From positions 320,001 through 384,000 of the forward strand of contig CAWDEM010000008.1 of NCBI GenBank assembly GCA_963801355.1: a stretch of 64,000 bases of DNA, in the 5' to 3' direction. Shown here in pieces: positions 32,832 to 43,119 of this stretch (positions within the stretch are counted from its first letter, which is position 1; the number at the start of each line of letters is the position of its first letter). The translations under genes and the position numbers were made by a program. Origin of the DNA: Ignavibacteriota bacterium (GTDB lineage: Bacteria; Bacteroidota; Ignavibacteria; UBA10030; UBA6906). Under the pieces are notes generated by a model. The model saw nothing but the letters and a program-made list of their open reading frames with translations, had not been told where the DNA came from and searched no databases.

Positions 32832-34136
32832 ATGAAAATCAGCGTGATAGGCACCGGTTATGTCGGCCTCGTTGTCGGCACATGCTTCGCCGAAAGCGGC
32901 AATGACGTGATTTGTGTTGACGTGGACGAGCAGAAACTGAAGGTGTTGAAGAAGGGGGAGAGCCCCATTTTTGAGCCGGGTCTGACCGATCTTCTCAAGA
33001 AGAACCTCGAGGAGAAGCGGCTCGTGTTCACGAACGACCTGGAATCCGCAGTCAAGAAAACTGATGTAATATTTCTTGCACTCCCGACTCCTCAGTCCGA
33101 GGATGGTTCAGCCGATCTCCAGCACGTCCTCGCGGTCTCGAAGAAAATCGGCAAGTACATGAATGGGTACAAGGTGATCGTGAACAAGAGCACGGTGCCT
33201 GTGGGTACAGGTGACCGGGTCAAGGAAATTGTCGCGAACGAAACGAAACTCCCGTTCGACATTATCTCGAATCCGGAGTTCCTGAAAGAAGGGGCGGCGG
33301 TCAACGACTTCATGAAGCCGGACCGTGTGGTGATCGGGGGCGACAGCCCCAAAGCACTGGCAATCATGGCGGATTTGTATTCACCGTTCGTGCGCACCGG
33401 CAATCCGCTCATCGTCATGGACATGCACAGTTCGGAGCTTACCAAGTATGCTGCAAATGCTTTTCTTGCGACGAAGGTGACATTCATGAACGAAGTCGCC
33501 AACCTGTGCGAACGGCTAGGCGCGGATGTGGACATGGTGCGGAAGGGGATGGGCACGGACGTGCGGATTGGATCACAGTTCCTCTTCGCCGGTGCAGGAT
33601 ACGGCGGATCATGTTTTCCCAAGGACGTTTCCGCCCTCCTGAACACTTCCCGCACCTATGACTGTGAACTCAGCATCCTCAATGCGGTGGAGGATGCAAA
33701 CCGCCGTCAGAAAATGGTCCTGGTGAACAAGATGAGGAAGCATTTCGGGGATGCGCTCAAGAACAAGACCGTGACGCTCTGGGGACTCGCGTTTAAACCA
33801 AATACGGACGACATGCGCGAGGCACCGTCACTCACCATAATAGAAGCACTGCAACGCGAAGGGGTCAAGATCCGTGCATACGATCCGGAAGCGATGGAGG
33901 AAGCCGAACGCCGCCTCGGGAAATCGGTAAAGTACTTCGAGAACTACTACGACGCGCTGAAGGGTGCGGATGCACTCGTCGTCATCACCGAATGGAACGA
34001 GTTCCGCCGGCCGGATTTTGACCGGATGAAGTCCCTTCTGAAGGAGCCGGTCGTCTTTGACGGACGCAATATCTACGATCCGAAGGTGATGAAGGAGAAG
34101 GGATTTGTGTACTACGGGATCGGAAGAGGAAAATAA
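32832..34136 (+). CDS. ugd: UDP-glucose 6-dehydrogenase
   Basis: GTGYVG, KSTVPVGT, SNPEFLKEG, GYGGSCFPKD and FKPNTDDMRE motifs. Confidence 0.95.
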   Translation: MKISVIGTGYVGLVVGTCFAESGNDVICVDVDEQKLKVLKKGESPIFEPGLTDLLKKNLEEKRLVFTNDLESAVKKTDVIFLALPTPQSEDGSADLQHVLAVSKKIGKYMNGYKVIVNKSTVPVGTGDRVKEIVANETKLPFDIISNPEFLKEGAAVNDFMKPDRVVIGGDSPKALAIMADLYSPFVRTGNPLIVMDMHSSELTKYAANAFLATKVTFMNEVANLCERLGADVDMVRKGMGTDVRIGSQFLFAGAGYGGSCFPKDVSALLNTSRTYDCELSILNAVEDANRRQKMVLVNKMRKHFGDALKNKTVTLWGLAFKPNTDDMREAPSLTIIEALQREGVKIRAYDPEAMEEAERRLGKSVKYFENYYDALKGADALVVITEWNEFRRPDFDRMKSLLKEPVVFDGRNIYDPKVMKEKGFVYYGIGRGK

Positions 34137-34171
34137 CAATTGACGATAGTCGATTGACCATTGAGAATTGT
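34137..34171. repeat. Degenerate heptamer tandem repeat
   Basis: CAATTGA CGATAGT CGATTGA CCATTGA GAATTGT. Confidence 0.5.
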
Positions 34172-34185
34172 CGGGTGAAAACGCC

Positions 34186-35145
34186 ATGGGACAGTTGTTC
34201 GACAAATATGCGGTGGTGACGGGCGGTGCGGGATTTCTGGGCTCGCATTTGTGCGATCGACTCCTCTCTGAAGGCGCACACGTAATCGCCATCGACAACC
34301 TTGTGACCGGGGACATGCGGAATATCGCCCACCTGATCGGGAACGATCACTTCCGTTTCGTGAAACATGATGTCACGGAATACATCTATGTCGACAGCCC
34401 GGTGGACTATATTCTCCATTTTGCTTCGCCCGCGAGCCCGATTGACTATCTGAAGCTCCCCATACAGACGTTGAAGGTCGGATCCCTCGGGACTCACAAA
34501 GCGCTCGGGCTTGCCAAGCACAAAGTTGCACGGTTCCTATTGGCATCCACGTCCGAAATCTATGGCGATCCGTTGGTCCATCCCCAGCCCGAATCGTACT
34601 GGGGAAACGTCAATCCGGTCGGCCTCCGGGGTGTCTATGACGAGGCGAAAAGATTCGCCGAGGCAATGACCATGGCGTACCACCGGTATCACGGCTTGCA
34701 GACGCGTATTGTCAGAATATTCAACACCTACGGCCCACGCATGCGCATCAATGACGGGCGCGCCATACCCTCGTTCATTTCGCAGGCCCTGCGCGGAGAC
34801 GATGTGACGGTCTTTGGAGCAGGCAAACAGACTCGCAGCGTGTGCTACGTCGATGACCTGATCGAAGGGATCTACCGTTTGCTGCTCTCGGATGTGACTG
34901 AACCGGTCAATATCGGAAATCCCTCTGAGATCACGATGCTGGAACTCGCAAAAGAGATCATCCAACTGACAGGCAGCAAGAGCAAGATTGTCTTCAAACA
35001 TCTTCCCGAAGATGATCCGAAAGTGCGCCGGCCCGATGCCTCTCGTGCAAAAAAGCTGCTCCACTGGGAAGCACAGGTCGACCGCAAGGAAGGCCTCAAG
35101 AAAACCATCGAGTACTTCCGCGTGGCGATGGGGTTGGAGAAATAG
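34186..35145 (+). CDS. UDP-glucuronate decarboxylase (UDP-xylose synthase) family
   Basis: [32 protein letters not shown] and YDEAKR motifs. Confidence 0.9.
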   Translation: MGQLFDKYAVVTGGAGFLGSHLCDRLLSEGAHVIAIDNLVTGDMRNIAHLIGNDHFRFVKHDVTEYIYVDSPVDYILHFASPASPIDYLKLPIQTLKVGSLGTHKALGLAKHKVARFLLASTSEIYGDPLVHPQPESYWGNVNPVGLRGVYDEAKRFAEAMTMAYHRYHGLQTRIVRIFNTYGPRMRINDGRAIPSFISQALRGDDVTVFGAGKQTRSVCYVDDLIEGIYRLLLSDVTEPVNIGNPSEITMLELAKEIIQLTGSKSKIVFKHLPEDDPKVRRPDASRAKKLLHWEAQVDRKEGLKKTIEYFRVAMGLEK

Positions 35146-35147
35146 GA

Positions 35148-36017
35148 ATGAGATTGGTCAAGGCAAGGGCAGCGCTCGCCGTCGCCATGCTGTTGAGCAT
35201 GTCAACCTCTCTGTCGCCTGCGCAGGATACCATCCCACCATATGACGGATATCAGCGCGGACAGATCTCCTCATTGCGGCATGCGTTCGGCATCGGGATG
35301 GTGGGTGTGCTCTCTGCAGGCATCCTGGCAGATTCCTACTACACGTGGTGGAAAGACGCAGAAAAGCCCTTCTCATTTTATTCCGAAGGCTGGTTTGGCG
35401 ATGCCCATCTCGGGATGGACAAGATCGGGCATTTCTACGGCAGCCACGCGACGTTCCACCTTACCCGCGAATTCCTCCTGTATGCAGGCTCAAGCCGTGA
35501 AGCAGCGCTCTGGTGGAGCGCAGGCATCGCCGCGTTTCACAGCCTGGAAATCGAAATCGGAGACGGGTTCAGCCCCTGGGGCTTTTCGTATGAAGACCTC
35601 ACGATGGGCTTCCTCGGCATCGGATATGGGGTCCTGCAGTCGGAAGTGCCCTTCTTCCGGAATTTCGGGTTCAAGTTCAGCTACTGGTCGAATGCCATCA
35701 AGTCACCTGCCAACTTCACCAATGACTATGACGCGATGACGGTGTGGCTGGTAACGGACGTCAATAACCTGCTGCCTCCATCGCTGGACCAGTACTGGCC
35801 GAAATTTCTCCGGCTCGCCATCGGCTACGGGGTGGGGTGGGGCGTCACGCGGCGGGAATTTGCGATCGGACTGGATCTGAATATCGAATCACTCACCCCC
35901 TGCAGCGATGAGATGCTCCTGACGCAGCGGGTGCTCAACACGTTCCGGCTGCCCCTTCCCACGGTCAAGATGACAACGGGAAAGGGACCGGTGTGGTACA
36001 TGGCACACCTCAAGTGA
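35148..36017 (+). CDS. DUF2279/YfiM-like exported membrane protein
   Basis: MDKIGHFY, EIGDGFSPWGFSYED and DYDAMTVWL motifs. Confidence 0.7.
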   Translation: MRLVKARAALAVAMLLSMSTSLSPAQDTIPPYDGYQRGQISSLRHAFGIGMVGVLSAGILADSYYTWWKDAEKPFSFYSEGWFGDAHLGMDKIGHFYGSHATFHLTREFLLYAGSSREAALWWSAGIAAFHSLEIEIGDGFSPWGFSYEDLTMGFLGIGYGVLQSEVPFFRNFGFKFSYWSNAIKSPANFTNDYDAMTVWLVTDVNNLLPPSLDQYWPKFLRLAIGYGVGWGVTRREFAIGLDLNIESLTPCSDEMLLTQRVLNTFRLPLPTVKMTTGKGPVWYMAHLK

Positions 36018-36030
36018 ACTCAGCGGTCGG

Positions 36031-36870
36031 CTACCAGAACTCCACAGCGAATCCTGCGCCTGCAAACTCCTTCCGTTCGTTATAGTACTCGCAGAAGTTG
36101 TCCAAGCCATTCTGGTACACAAGAAAGAGCCGGATGCCCCGGCCGGCGGCATTGGCAAACTTCACACCACCCTCAAGTGTATTTGAACCGATGTACGTGG
36201 GAGTGCCGAGCAGGGAAAAATGGTGCGCGAGGTATGCACGCGTTCTCCCCGGCGACTGCAGTTCCCATCCGGCCAGTGTGCTGAACTTGCGTATCTCTTT
36301 TGGCTTGATGATCGGGGCGTAACCGAAACCGGCATAGAGTCGCAGGGGAAAACCGCCTACGGATGATGAATATGCGCCGACCAGTTCACCGTAGTTGCGC
36401 GAGAAGGGGAATGGAATCTTGTCGTCACGCCATCTCATTGTCGCGTCGTTGAAGTGGCCGTCGACCAGATGCGCGCTGAGGTGGATGGCGCGCAACCGGA
36501 AACTGAAAGGCGTGTCTGTGTGATAGCTGAACCCGAGTCCGAAATAACCGTCGGCCGCATCAATCTTCAGAAGATATCCACGATAGTCGTTTGCCAGCGC
36601 GTAGACGAAGAACAGCAAGCTGCCCTGGAGGGTGGTGGTGCCCGAATGGTATTCGAACACTTGAACTGCATTGCCGACGGCAACCTTCATGGCAGAGCCG
36701 CCAATTTCCTGCTGGATGCCCATGCGGGGTTCTTCATGATTGGCCATCAACGGAGAAAAGAGCGTACGGTCGGGGAAGAATGTCCAGGCAGTCGAGTCAG
36801 CCTGGGCGGCCGCGATATGCGAAAGCGCGCCCAGCAAAACGGCAAGAAGCGGAGCAAGTCTCAGAGCCAT
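36031..36870 (-). CDS. DUF1207-like putative outer-membrane beta-barrel
   Basis: Signal peptide, FSPLMANHEEP, HLSAHLVDG, alternating beta-strands, C-terminal FAVEFW. Confidence 0.6.
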   Translation of the reverse strand: MALRLAPLLAVLLGALSHIAAAQADSTAWTFFPDRTLFSPLMANHEEPRMGIQQEIGGSAMKVAVGNAVQVFEYHSGTTTLQGSLLFFVYALANDYRGYLLKIDAADGYFGLGFSYHTDTPFSFRLRAIHLSAHLVDGHFNDATMRWRDDKIPFPFSRNYGELVGAYSSSVGGFPLRLYAGFGYAPIIKPKEIRKFSTLAGWELQSPGRTRAYLAHHFSLLGTPTYIGSNTLEGGVKFANAAGRGIRLFLVYQNGLDNFCEYYNERKEFAGAGFAVEFW

Positions 36871-36966
36871 TTCCTGTCTTTCGAGAATGAGATCAAAATA
36901 TGCAAATATTGCTCTTCTCCTCCAAATCCCGTAAGATCTAAGCATTCCCCCCTGCATTGAGGTAGA

Positions 36967-37821
36967 ATGTTCCGTTGGCCTGCGGCTGTCCTTGGCGTCG
37001 TAATACTGGCAACGAGCGTCCAGGCACAGACTGATAGCCTGTGTGCGGTGAGTCCTGTGAGGCTCGCTGTGGTGGGCGGAGTGGTGGGCGGTACGGTCGT
37101 GGCTATTCACTTCTACCAGCAAAACGCATGGTGGAAAGGTCACCGGACAAGCTTTCATGTCCGGGAGGATCTCACCTATGCAGGCAATGTTGACAAGGTC
37201 GGTCATCTCTACGCTGCATCGGCGTTCACATTCGGCCTGGGCAAGTCTCTCCGGTGGGCGGGGTTTGAGGAATCGTCGTCGATTCTCTGGGGAGCCGTCG
37301 GCTCAACATTGTTTCAAACCTACGTCGAGGTTGAAGACGGCTTCTCGGAGTACTGGGGATTCGACAGAGTCGATTTTGCCTCGAACCTGTTTGGGGCCTG
37401 GTATCCGTACCTCCAGCACCATGTCCCACTCTTGAAGAACGTACAGTTCCGGTTCAGTTATCTGCCGAAGGATGCGGGGAAGGCAAGCGCGATACCCGGT
37501 CAGACGAAGACACTGTTCGACGACTACGAAGGCCAGACTCTCTGGCTGTCGGTAACCCCCCGGACTCTTCTACCCGAGTCGTGGCAGGGGTACTGGCCGG
37601 GTTTTCTGGGACTTGCACTGGGGGTTTCGGTGCGTGACAACGCGGATCCGGAGCGTCGTCATCTTGTCTGGTACCTGGCACCCGAACTCGACATGCGGGA
37701 GATCATCCCGCAGGACACGGAGTTCCTGAGGGGGTTGGCGGAAGCACTCAATTTTTTCCACCTCCCGATGCCCGCGGTGCGCTTTTCACCGGGCGTGGTC
37801 TGGTACGGCGTCTATTTTTAG
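36967..37821 (+). CDS. DUF2279/YfiM-like exported membrane protein
   Basis: VDKVGHLY, EVEDGFSEYWGFDRVD and DDYEGQTLWLS motifs; paralog of 35148-36017. Confidence 0.7.
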   Translation: MFRWPAAVLGVVILATSVQAQTDSLCAVSPVRLAVVGGVVGGTVVAIHFYQQNAWWKGHRTSFHVREDLTYAGNVDKVGHLYAASAFTFGLGKSLRWAGFEESSSILWGAVGSTLFQTYVEVEDGFSEYWGFDRVDFASNLFGAWYPYLQHHVPLLKNVQFRFSYLPKDAGKASAIPGQTKTLFDDYEGQTLWLSVTPRTLLPESWQGYWPGFLGLALGVSVRDNADPERRHLVWYLAPELDMREIIPQDTEFLRGLAEALNFFHLPMPAVRFSPGVVWYGVYF

Positions 37822-37937
37822 AGGAATTCAGCTCGAAGCTTTAGAAGAAGCAGCTCGAAGCTATTCCCGGAACCGCAATCTGATTCCGGGCGTTGTAAGT
37901 GAACGGCAGGATACGAACTTTATCCGGAGGCAGTTCG

Positions 37938-38486
37938 ATGTGTAGAAACATGCTCTTGATCTTCACGCTTACCATTCTATTCACTTCATTCTCAACATCA
38001 CAACCGGCACAACCCATGATACCCACGATTGGCAGCAAAGCACCCGACTTCACCCTTGTTGATACCGATCGCAAACCGCGCGCATTGAAAGAGTTTGCGG
38101 GCAATAAACTTATTCTTGCATTTTACCCCGGTGCATTTACAGGAGCCTGCACGAAGGAGATGTGTGCGATCCGCGATGCGCTTGCCTCATTCAACGCTAT
38201 GAAGGCTCAAGTCGTCGGTATCAGTGTCGACAGCCCGTTTGCCAACAAAGCCTTTGCAGATCAGAACAAGCTCAGTTTTCCCCTGTTGAGCGACTTCACG
38301 AGAGAAACGAGCAAGAAGTACGCTGGTGTGTACGATGGCTTCGGCGGTGTGACAGGCTATGAAGCCTCCAAGCGGGCAGTGTTCATTCTCGATGCATCGG
38401 GTGTCGTCAAATACGTCTGGGTTACCGAAGCCCCAGGCAATGAGCCACCATACGACGAGATCAAAAAAGCGCTTGAGTCGTTTTAG
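37938..38486 (+). CDS. Peroxiredoxin (AhpC/TSA family)
   Basis: [21 protein letters not shown] and GISVDS motifs. Confidence 0.88.
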   Translation: MCRNMLLIFTLTILFTSFSTSQPAQPMIPTIGSKAPDFTLVDTDRKPRALKEFAGNKLILAFYPGAFTGACTKEMCAIRDALASFNAMKAQVVGISVDSPFANKAFADQNKLSFPLLSDFTRETSKKYAGVYDGFGGVTGYEASKRAVFILDASGVVKYVWVTEAPGNEPPYDEIKKALESF

Positions 38487-38524
38487 GCCGTCGCATCAGC
38501 CCAACAATGCACGAGGAAAAAATC

Positions 38525-38992
38525 ATGGCAACGCTGAAAGCAGGTTCCAAAGCACCTGACTTCACCCTCCAGGCCGGCGACGGCAAGGAGGTAAGCCTGA
38601 AGAACCTGAAGGGGCGGAAGGCCGTGCTCTATTTTTATCCAAAGGACAATACACCCGGTTGCACGAAAGAGGCATGTACCTTCAACGAAAACCTCAAAAT
38701 CCTTGAAAAGAAGGGCACGGTTGTCATCGGCGTCAGCGCCGATAGCGTCGCATCGCACAAGAAGTTTGCTGACAAATACGGTCTCACCTTTCCGCTCCTG
38801 AGCGACGAGAAAAAGGAGATGATAAAGAAATACGGCGTCTGGAAGGAAAAAAGCCTGTACGGCAAGAAGTTCATGGGCATCGAGCGCACAACATTCGTGA
38901 TCGATGAACACGGGGTGATTGTCAAAATCTTTCCCAAAGTCAAGGTTGACGGGCACGTTGATGAAGTGCTCGAAGCCCTGACCGGGATATAA
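38525..38992 (+). CDS. bcp: Thioredoxin-dependent thiol peroxidase BCP
   Basis: [26 protein letters not shown] and VKVDGH motifs. Confidence 0.92.
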   Translation: MATLKAGSKAPDFTLQAGDGKEVSLKNLKGRKAVLYFYPKDNTPGCTKEACTFNENLKILEKKGTVVIGVSADSVASHKKFADKYGLTFPLLSDEKKEMIKKYGVWKEKSLYGKKFMGIERTTFVIDEHGVIVKIFPKVKVDGHVDEVLEALTGI

Positions 38993-39032
38993 TCACAAAA
39001 CTCTTAATACAAACCCGGATCTTACAACTATC

Positions 39033-39440
39033 ATGGTCTACGTCACCCGCAAAGCACACTTCTGCGCGTCACACCGGTTGTTCAATCCGGCGTGGAACGA
39101 CGAGAAGAACTCCCGCGTCTTCGGCAAATGCAATAATCCGAACAGCCACGGGCACAACTATGACCTCGAAGTCACTGTCGCGGGGCTCCCTCCCGCCGAC
39201 ACCGGCATGGTCATCGATCTCAAGGAACTGGCAAGCATTGTGGAACGTGAAGTGGTAGATCGCGTGGACCACAAGCATCTGAATCTGGATGTGGATTTCA
39301 TGCGCGGTGTCATCCCCACGGCGGAGAACATCGCTATTGCCTTCTGGAAAATCCTGGCTCCAAAGATCAGCAACGGCCGACTCTACTCCATAAAGCTGTA
39401 CGAATCCGTCAATAACTTCGTCGAATACAGAGGGGAGTAA
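39033..39440 (+). CDS. 6-pyruvoyl-tetrahydropterin synthase family (PTPS-II-like CX5HGH motif)
   Basis: FCASHRL, KCNNPNSHGHNY, DHKHLN and PTAENIA motifs. Confidence 0.85.
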   Translation: MVYVTRKAHFCASHRLFNPAWNDEKNSRVFGKCNNPNSHGHNYDLEVTVAGLPPADTGMVIDLKELASIVEREVVDRVDHKHLNLDVDFMRGVIPTAENIAIAFWKILAPKISNGRLYSIKLYESVNNFVEYRGE

Positions 39441-39446
39441 CCTGCG

Positions 39447-40031
39447 ATGGATGGAGTATCGAAGCGACGCGAGCATCTTGCAGCAATCGTAGCGGATTTG
39501 CTCAAAGAGTTGGGGGAAGATCCCTCGCGTGAAGGGCTTCTCCGCACACCGCATCGTGTGGCCGAAGCCTATGAATTCCTCACCAAGGGCTATCAAGAGG
39601 ACATCAAGAAGGTCCTGAATGACGCCATCTTCACCGAGAAGTACAGCGAGATGGTGGTCGTGAAGGATATTGATTTCTTCAGCATGTGTGAGCATCACCT
39701 GCTCCCGTTCTATGGGAGGGCCCACGTTGCGTATATCCCGAATGGCAAGATCGTCGGGTTGAGCAAGGTTCCGCGGATTGTGGATGTCTTCAGCCGGCGG
39801 CTGCAGGTGCAGGAACGCCTGACCCGGCAAATAGCCGAAACGTTGTTTGAATATCTGAACCCGGAGGGCGTCGGTGTTGTTGTGGAAGCACGCCACATGT
39901 GTATGATGATGCGTGGAGTCGAAAAGCAGAACTCGGTGGCGACCACAAGTGCAATGCTCGGTGTGTTCATGGACGACATGAAAACACGCAGTGAATTCCT
40001 CCACCTGATTGAAAGTGACCTGAGCTCATGA
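39447..40031 (+). CDS. folE: GTP cyclohydrolase I
   Basis: [24 protein letters not shown] and HMCMMMRG motifs. Confidence 0.95.
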   Translation: MDGVSKRREHLAAIVADLLKELGEDPSREGLLRTPHRVAEAYEFLTKGYQEDIKKVLNDAIFTEKYSEMVVVKDIDFFSMCEHHLLPFYGRAHVAYIPNGKIVGLSKVPRIVDVFSRRLQVQERLTRQIAETLFEYLNPEGVGVVVEARHMCMMMRGVEKQNSVATTSAMLGVFMDDMKTRSEFLHLIESDLSS

Positions 40032-40732
40032 AACGCCTTGAGGGCAAAGTTGCCATTGTTTCGGGGGGGAGCCGCGGAATAGGTCTGGCGATCGTCCGGT
40101 CCCTGGCGGAGGAAGGTGCAAGTGTAACGCTGGGAGCGCGCAACGGAGATATGGTGAAACGTGCGGTGGATGATCTGCACAACGATGGGCTCGACGTAGA
40201 AGGTCTGACGGCGGATGTCGCGGTGGAGCCGGATGTGACCCGTCTTGTCCAGCATGTGGTGGATGCCCATGGCCGGGTGGATATCCTGGTGAACAACGCC
40301 GGTGTCGGTGTGTTCAAACCGGTGGTGGATCTTTCCGTGGCGGAGCTTGACACGATGTGGGGAACAAATGTGCGCGGCGTGTTCCTCCTGACAAAGGCAG
40401 TGCTGCCGCACATGATTGCTGCGAAAGGCGGCGACATCGTCAATATCGCATCGCTGGCCGGGAAAAACGCGTTCACTGGTGGAGCAGGTTACGGCGCGAC
40501 GAAGTGGGCTTTGCGAGGCTTCGCGAGTTCTCTGATGCTGGAAGTCCGTGAGCATAACATCCGGGTTGTGACAATTTTCCCCGGGTCCGTCGAGACGGGT
40601 TTTTCGGCGAGGGGAAAAAAGGGGAGCAACATTCCAAAGTCTGAAGATGTAGCGAGCGCATTGATATTTGCGGTCACTTCGCCCGGACGAGCCATGTTCA
40701 GCGAGATTGACCTCAGACCGACGAAACCCTAG
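40028..40732 (+). CDS. Classical SDR oxidoreductase (candidate sepiapterin reductase)
   Basis: GGSRGIG, NNAG and YGATK motifs; ATGA overlap with folE. Confidence 0.85.
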   Translation: MKRLEGKVAIVSGGSRGIGLAIVRSLAEEGASVTLGARNGDMVKRAVDDLHNDGLDVEGLTADVAVEPDVTRLVQHVVDAHGRVDILVNNAGVGVFKPVVDLSVAELDTMWGTNVRGVFLLTKAVLPHMIAAKGGDIVNIASLAGKNAFTGGAGYGATKWALRGFASSLMLEVREHNIRVVTIFPGSVETGFSARGKKGSNIPKSEDVASALIFAVTSPGRAMFSEIDLRPTKP

Positions 40733-40754
40733 CAGAATAACGCAAACAAGCCAG

Positions 40755-40805
40755 AAAGACGCAGAGTGACGAGCCCAAAGGCTCTCATTTTGCGTCTTTT
40801 CTTGT
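40755..40805 (+). terminator. Long intrinsic terminator
   Basis: AAAGACGCAGAGTGA-C-GAGCC-CAAA-GGCTC-TCATTTTGCGTCTTT followed by T-rich tail. Confidence 0.7.
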
Positions 40806-40881
40806 TATCCCTTTGCGTTATTTCAGTTTATTTCATTTATTTAAAGTATACCTTCCACATCCACGGATGGAGTTATCATTG

Positions 40882-43107
40882 ATGCGAAATACAATACTTT
40901 CATCTCTCGTGATGCTGGCTCTGCTCTCGGGCTGTGCTTCGTTCAAGGAGCTGGAGCCAGAACCGCCCCTCTCTCCCCAGGAGCGTGGTTTCATCGAACT
41001 CAAAAACGATCGGGATGTTTTCCAACTTGCCGAAGGCGAACGGTATTTCATACGTTTCCCGAGGCCCGTCCAGGACAACTACGCTCTTGTACTCCGGACC
41101 AGTGCGGCATGGTACATAAACGCGTACCTGACGCGCTCATTCGATGACGGCAGGGAGCCCATAGAGCTGATGAAGGACGAAGCGCCGATCACTGATTCCA
41201 CCAGTGTGTACTATGTCGATACCGCGAGTCCGACGTACTACTGGGTGATTGACACGGTGCGGCAGGACGTAGATCTCCGCATGGACTACCGCTATCTCCC
41301 CCGTTGGCGCTACACATTCGAGAAGAAGTACAAGGAGTTCAAGGCGGCGCTGGCCGATAACCGGGTCGACCGTTCGACCTACACCGGAACGGGCGCCGGT
41401 CCTTCCATACAGGCGGTTGATTACACCGATGAGCTGGCAGTTCTGAGACCCCGCATCGAGGTGTTGTTTGCGATGCAGGGTGAGCTGAAGGAAGTCGCCA
41501 AGTTGTTTCCCCCGGACATCGCCGCATCGAACGATTCCGCATATCTGAACTACAAATCGCTCCGTGCGGCGGTTGACGACGAGTTGCAGTTCCAGCAGAA
41601 CTACGCAAAAGCGCTCACCATATTCCAGAAGGAGAAGTTCTCCCGGAAGAGCACCGCTGAGTTCATGAAGGATGCCGGGGAATATCTCGAGTTTCTCACG
41701 CAGGGATCCCGCTACCCGGCCCCGTTGATGGCGCATGCACGGGAAGTTATCGGCAACCGTCTTGACGAGGCCGTGCCTTACTACGAGAAACAGCTGGCGG
41801 ACATGAAGGACAAGCCCGGTACGTTTAAACCGTCCATCGAAACCATCGAGAAGCTCTTCCGTGCCTGCGATCGTCCGGCCTCATCCGAATTCGCAACCCT
41901 GAGCGGCTTCGTGCGTCGATTCAATCTCGAATCGAACGCGCTCTCAAACGCCAAGGAACGACTGCGCGAAATGAACGCCGTCATCACCAAGACGACGTCT
42001 CCACCGGCGCTGGATTTCTACGGCAACATGGAAGTTTCCGCAGCCGATATCCGTTCCTCCCTTCCGCGATCCGAGGCGGTCTCCAATCCCCGCTACGGGA
42101 CGTCGCAGGCGGTGCAGACCATCAACCGTGAACTGGGAGAAGTGGCGACACAGGCCGACGACCTCAAGTCCATGTTTGCATCAGGGAAACAAATTGCCTC
42201 TGACATCGGCGCCCGGCTCTGGGAATCCGCTGAACGGAAGACCGCAGACCTCTTTTACGGGCGCGACGGGCGATCCTACGCTTCCGCTGCGCACCATCGT
42301 GACAAATTCGTCAAATGGTTCGAAGCGGATATTCTTAACGGTGTGAAAAGTGCGACCAAAGAGCGCCTGGATGCGTTTGTGAAATCCTCGATGGGATCAT
42401 ACACCAATGTCCCCGCGCTCTATGCGGATTCCGCATTCATGCCCGTCTATATGCTGGGCTTCAGTTCAGTCGGCGAGGGTGATCTGGCCCAGAAACGGGC
42501 CCAAATCGACAACTACATCACCCGTGTCCGCACCCTCGAGTTCCCGGAAGGGGCTATCCGCCTTCTCTACGCGGATTTCAACCGCGACATCAACGCAAAC
42601 GGTGTCGAACGTGCGCGCGCAATCGTCGAGCACGGCAAGATGTACAAGGGGAGCGACAAACAGATCGCCAGTATGCTGAACGAGTGTGATCCGATGATTG
42701 CCAAGTGGATTGTGCGTCCCAAGGAATACCGGCGGATTCTCGCATTCCCCGTGACGACAAACAAGCGCGGCGTGAATGAATACGTCTTCCGCATCAAGCT
42801 GCAGATCCCATCCGATGCGCAGTTCCCGGTGTTCGATGTGAACATCAAGTTGCCAAAGGAAATTGCGGAGGCCGCGAAAGGGGAGTCGTGGTACGACCGG
42901 ATCACGATCAACAAGAACCTCCTCAAAAATGAGGGGCGTTTCCGGATTACCGCGCCTCTGCCTGACAACAACTATGAGTCACAAATAACCCCTGTACAGA
43001 TGGACAAGGCCGGAAACAATATCCTCGAAGTGCGTTTCAGGAAGGCCTCATTCAAGGTGTACGAGATCAGCGCGATGGCGCAGGTACCGATTATGAAGAA
43101 GAACTGA
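40882..43107 (+). CDS. Large hypothetical lipoprotein
   Basis: Lipobox LLSGC; beta-rich N-domain, long helical middle, beta-rich C-domain; no recognisable family. Confidence 0.8.
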   Translation: MRNTILSSLVMLALLSGCASFKELEPEPPLSPQERGFIELKNDRDVFQLAEGERYFIRFPRPVQDNYALVLRTSAAWYINAYLTRSFDDGREPIELMKDEAPITDSTSVYYVDTASPTYYWVIDTVRQDVDLRMDYRYLPRWRYTFEKKYKEFKAALADNRVDRSTYTGTGAGPSIQAVDYTDELAVLRPRIEVLFAMQGELKEVAKLFPPDIAASNDSAYLNYKSLRAAVDDELQFQQNYAKALTIFQKEKFSRKSTAEFMKDAGEYLEFLTQGSRYPAPLMAHAREVIGNRLDEAVPYYEKQLADMKDKPGTFKPSIETIEKLFRACDRPASSEFATLSGFVRRFNLESNALSNAKERLREMNAVITKTTSPPALDFYGNMEVSAADIRSSLPRSEAVSNPRYGTSQAVQTINRELGEVATQADDLKSMFASGKQIASDIGARLWESAERKTADLFYGRDGRSYASAAHHRDKFVKWFEADILNGVKSATKERLDAFVKSSMGSYTNVPALYADSAFMPVYMLGFSSVGEGDLAQKRAQIDNYITRVRTLEFPEGAIRLLYADFNRDINANGVERARAIVEHGKMYKGSDKQIASMLNECDPMIAKWIVRPKEYRRILAFPVTTNKRGVNEYVFRIKLQIPSDAQFPVFDVNIKLPKEIAEAAKGESWYDRITINKNLLKNEGRFRITAPLPDNNYESQITPVQMDKAGNNILEVRFRKASFKVYEISAMAQVPIMKKN

Positions 43108-43119
43108 GGGCCGGACACT

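Noticed and set aside
39033-39440. Calling this gene queD
   Set aside because: The motif is CX5HGH rather than CX3HGH and no que genes are adjacent
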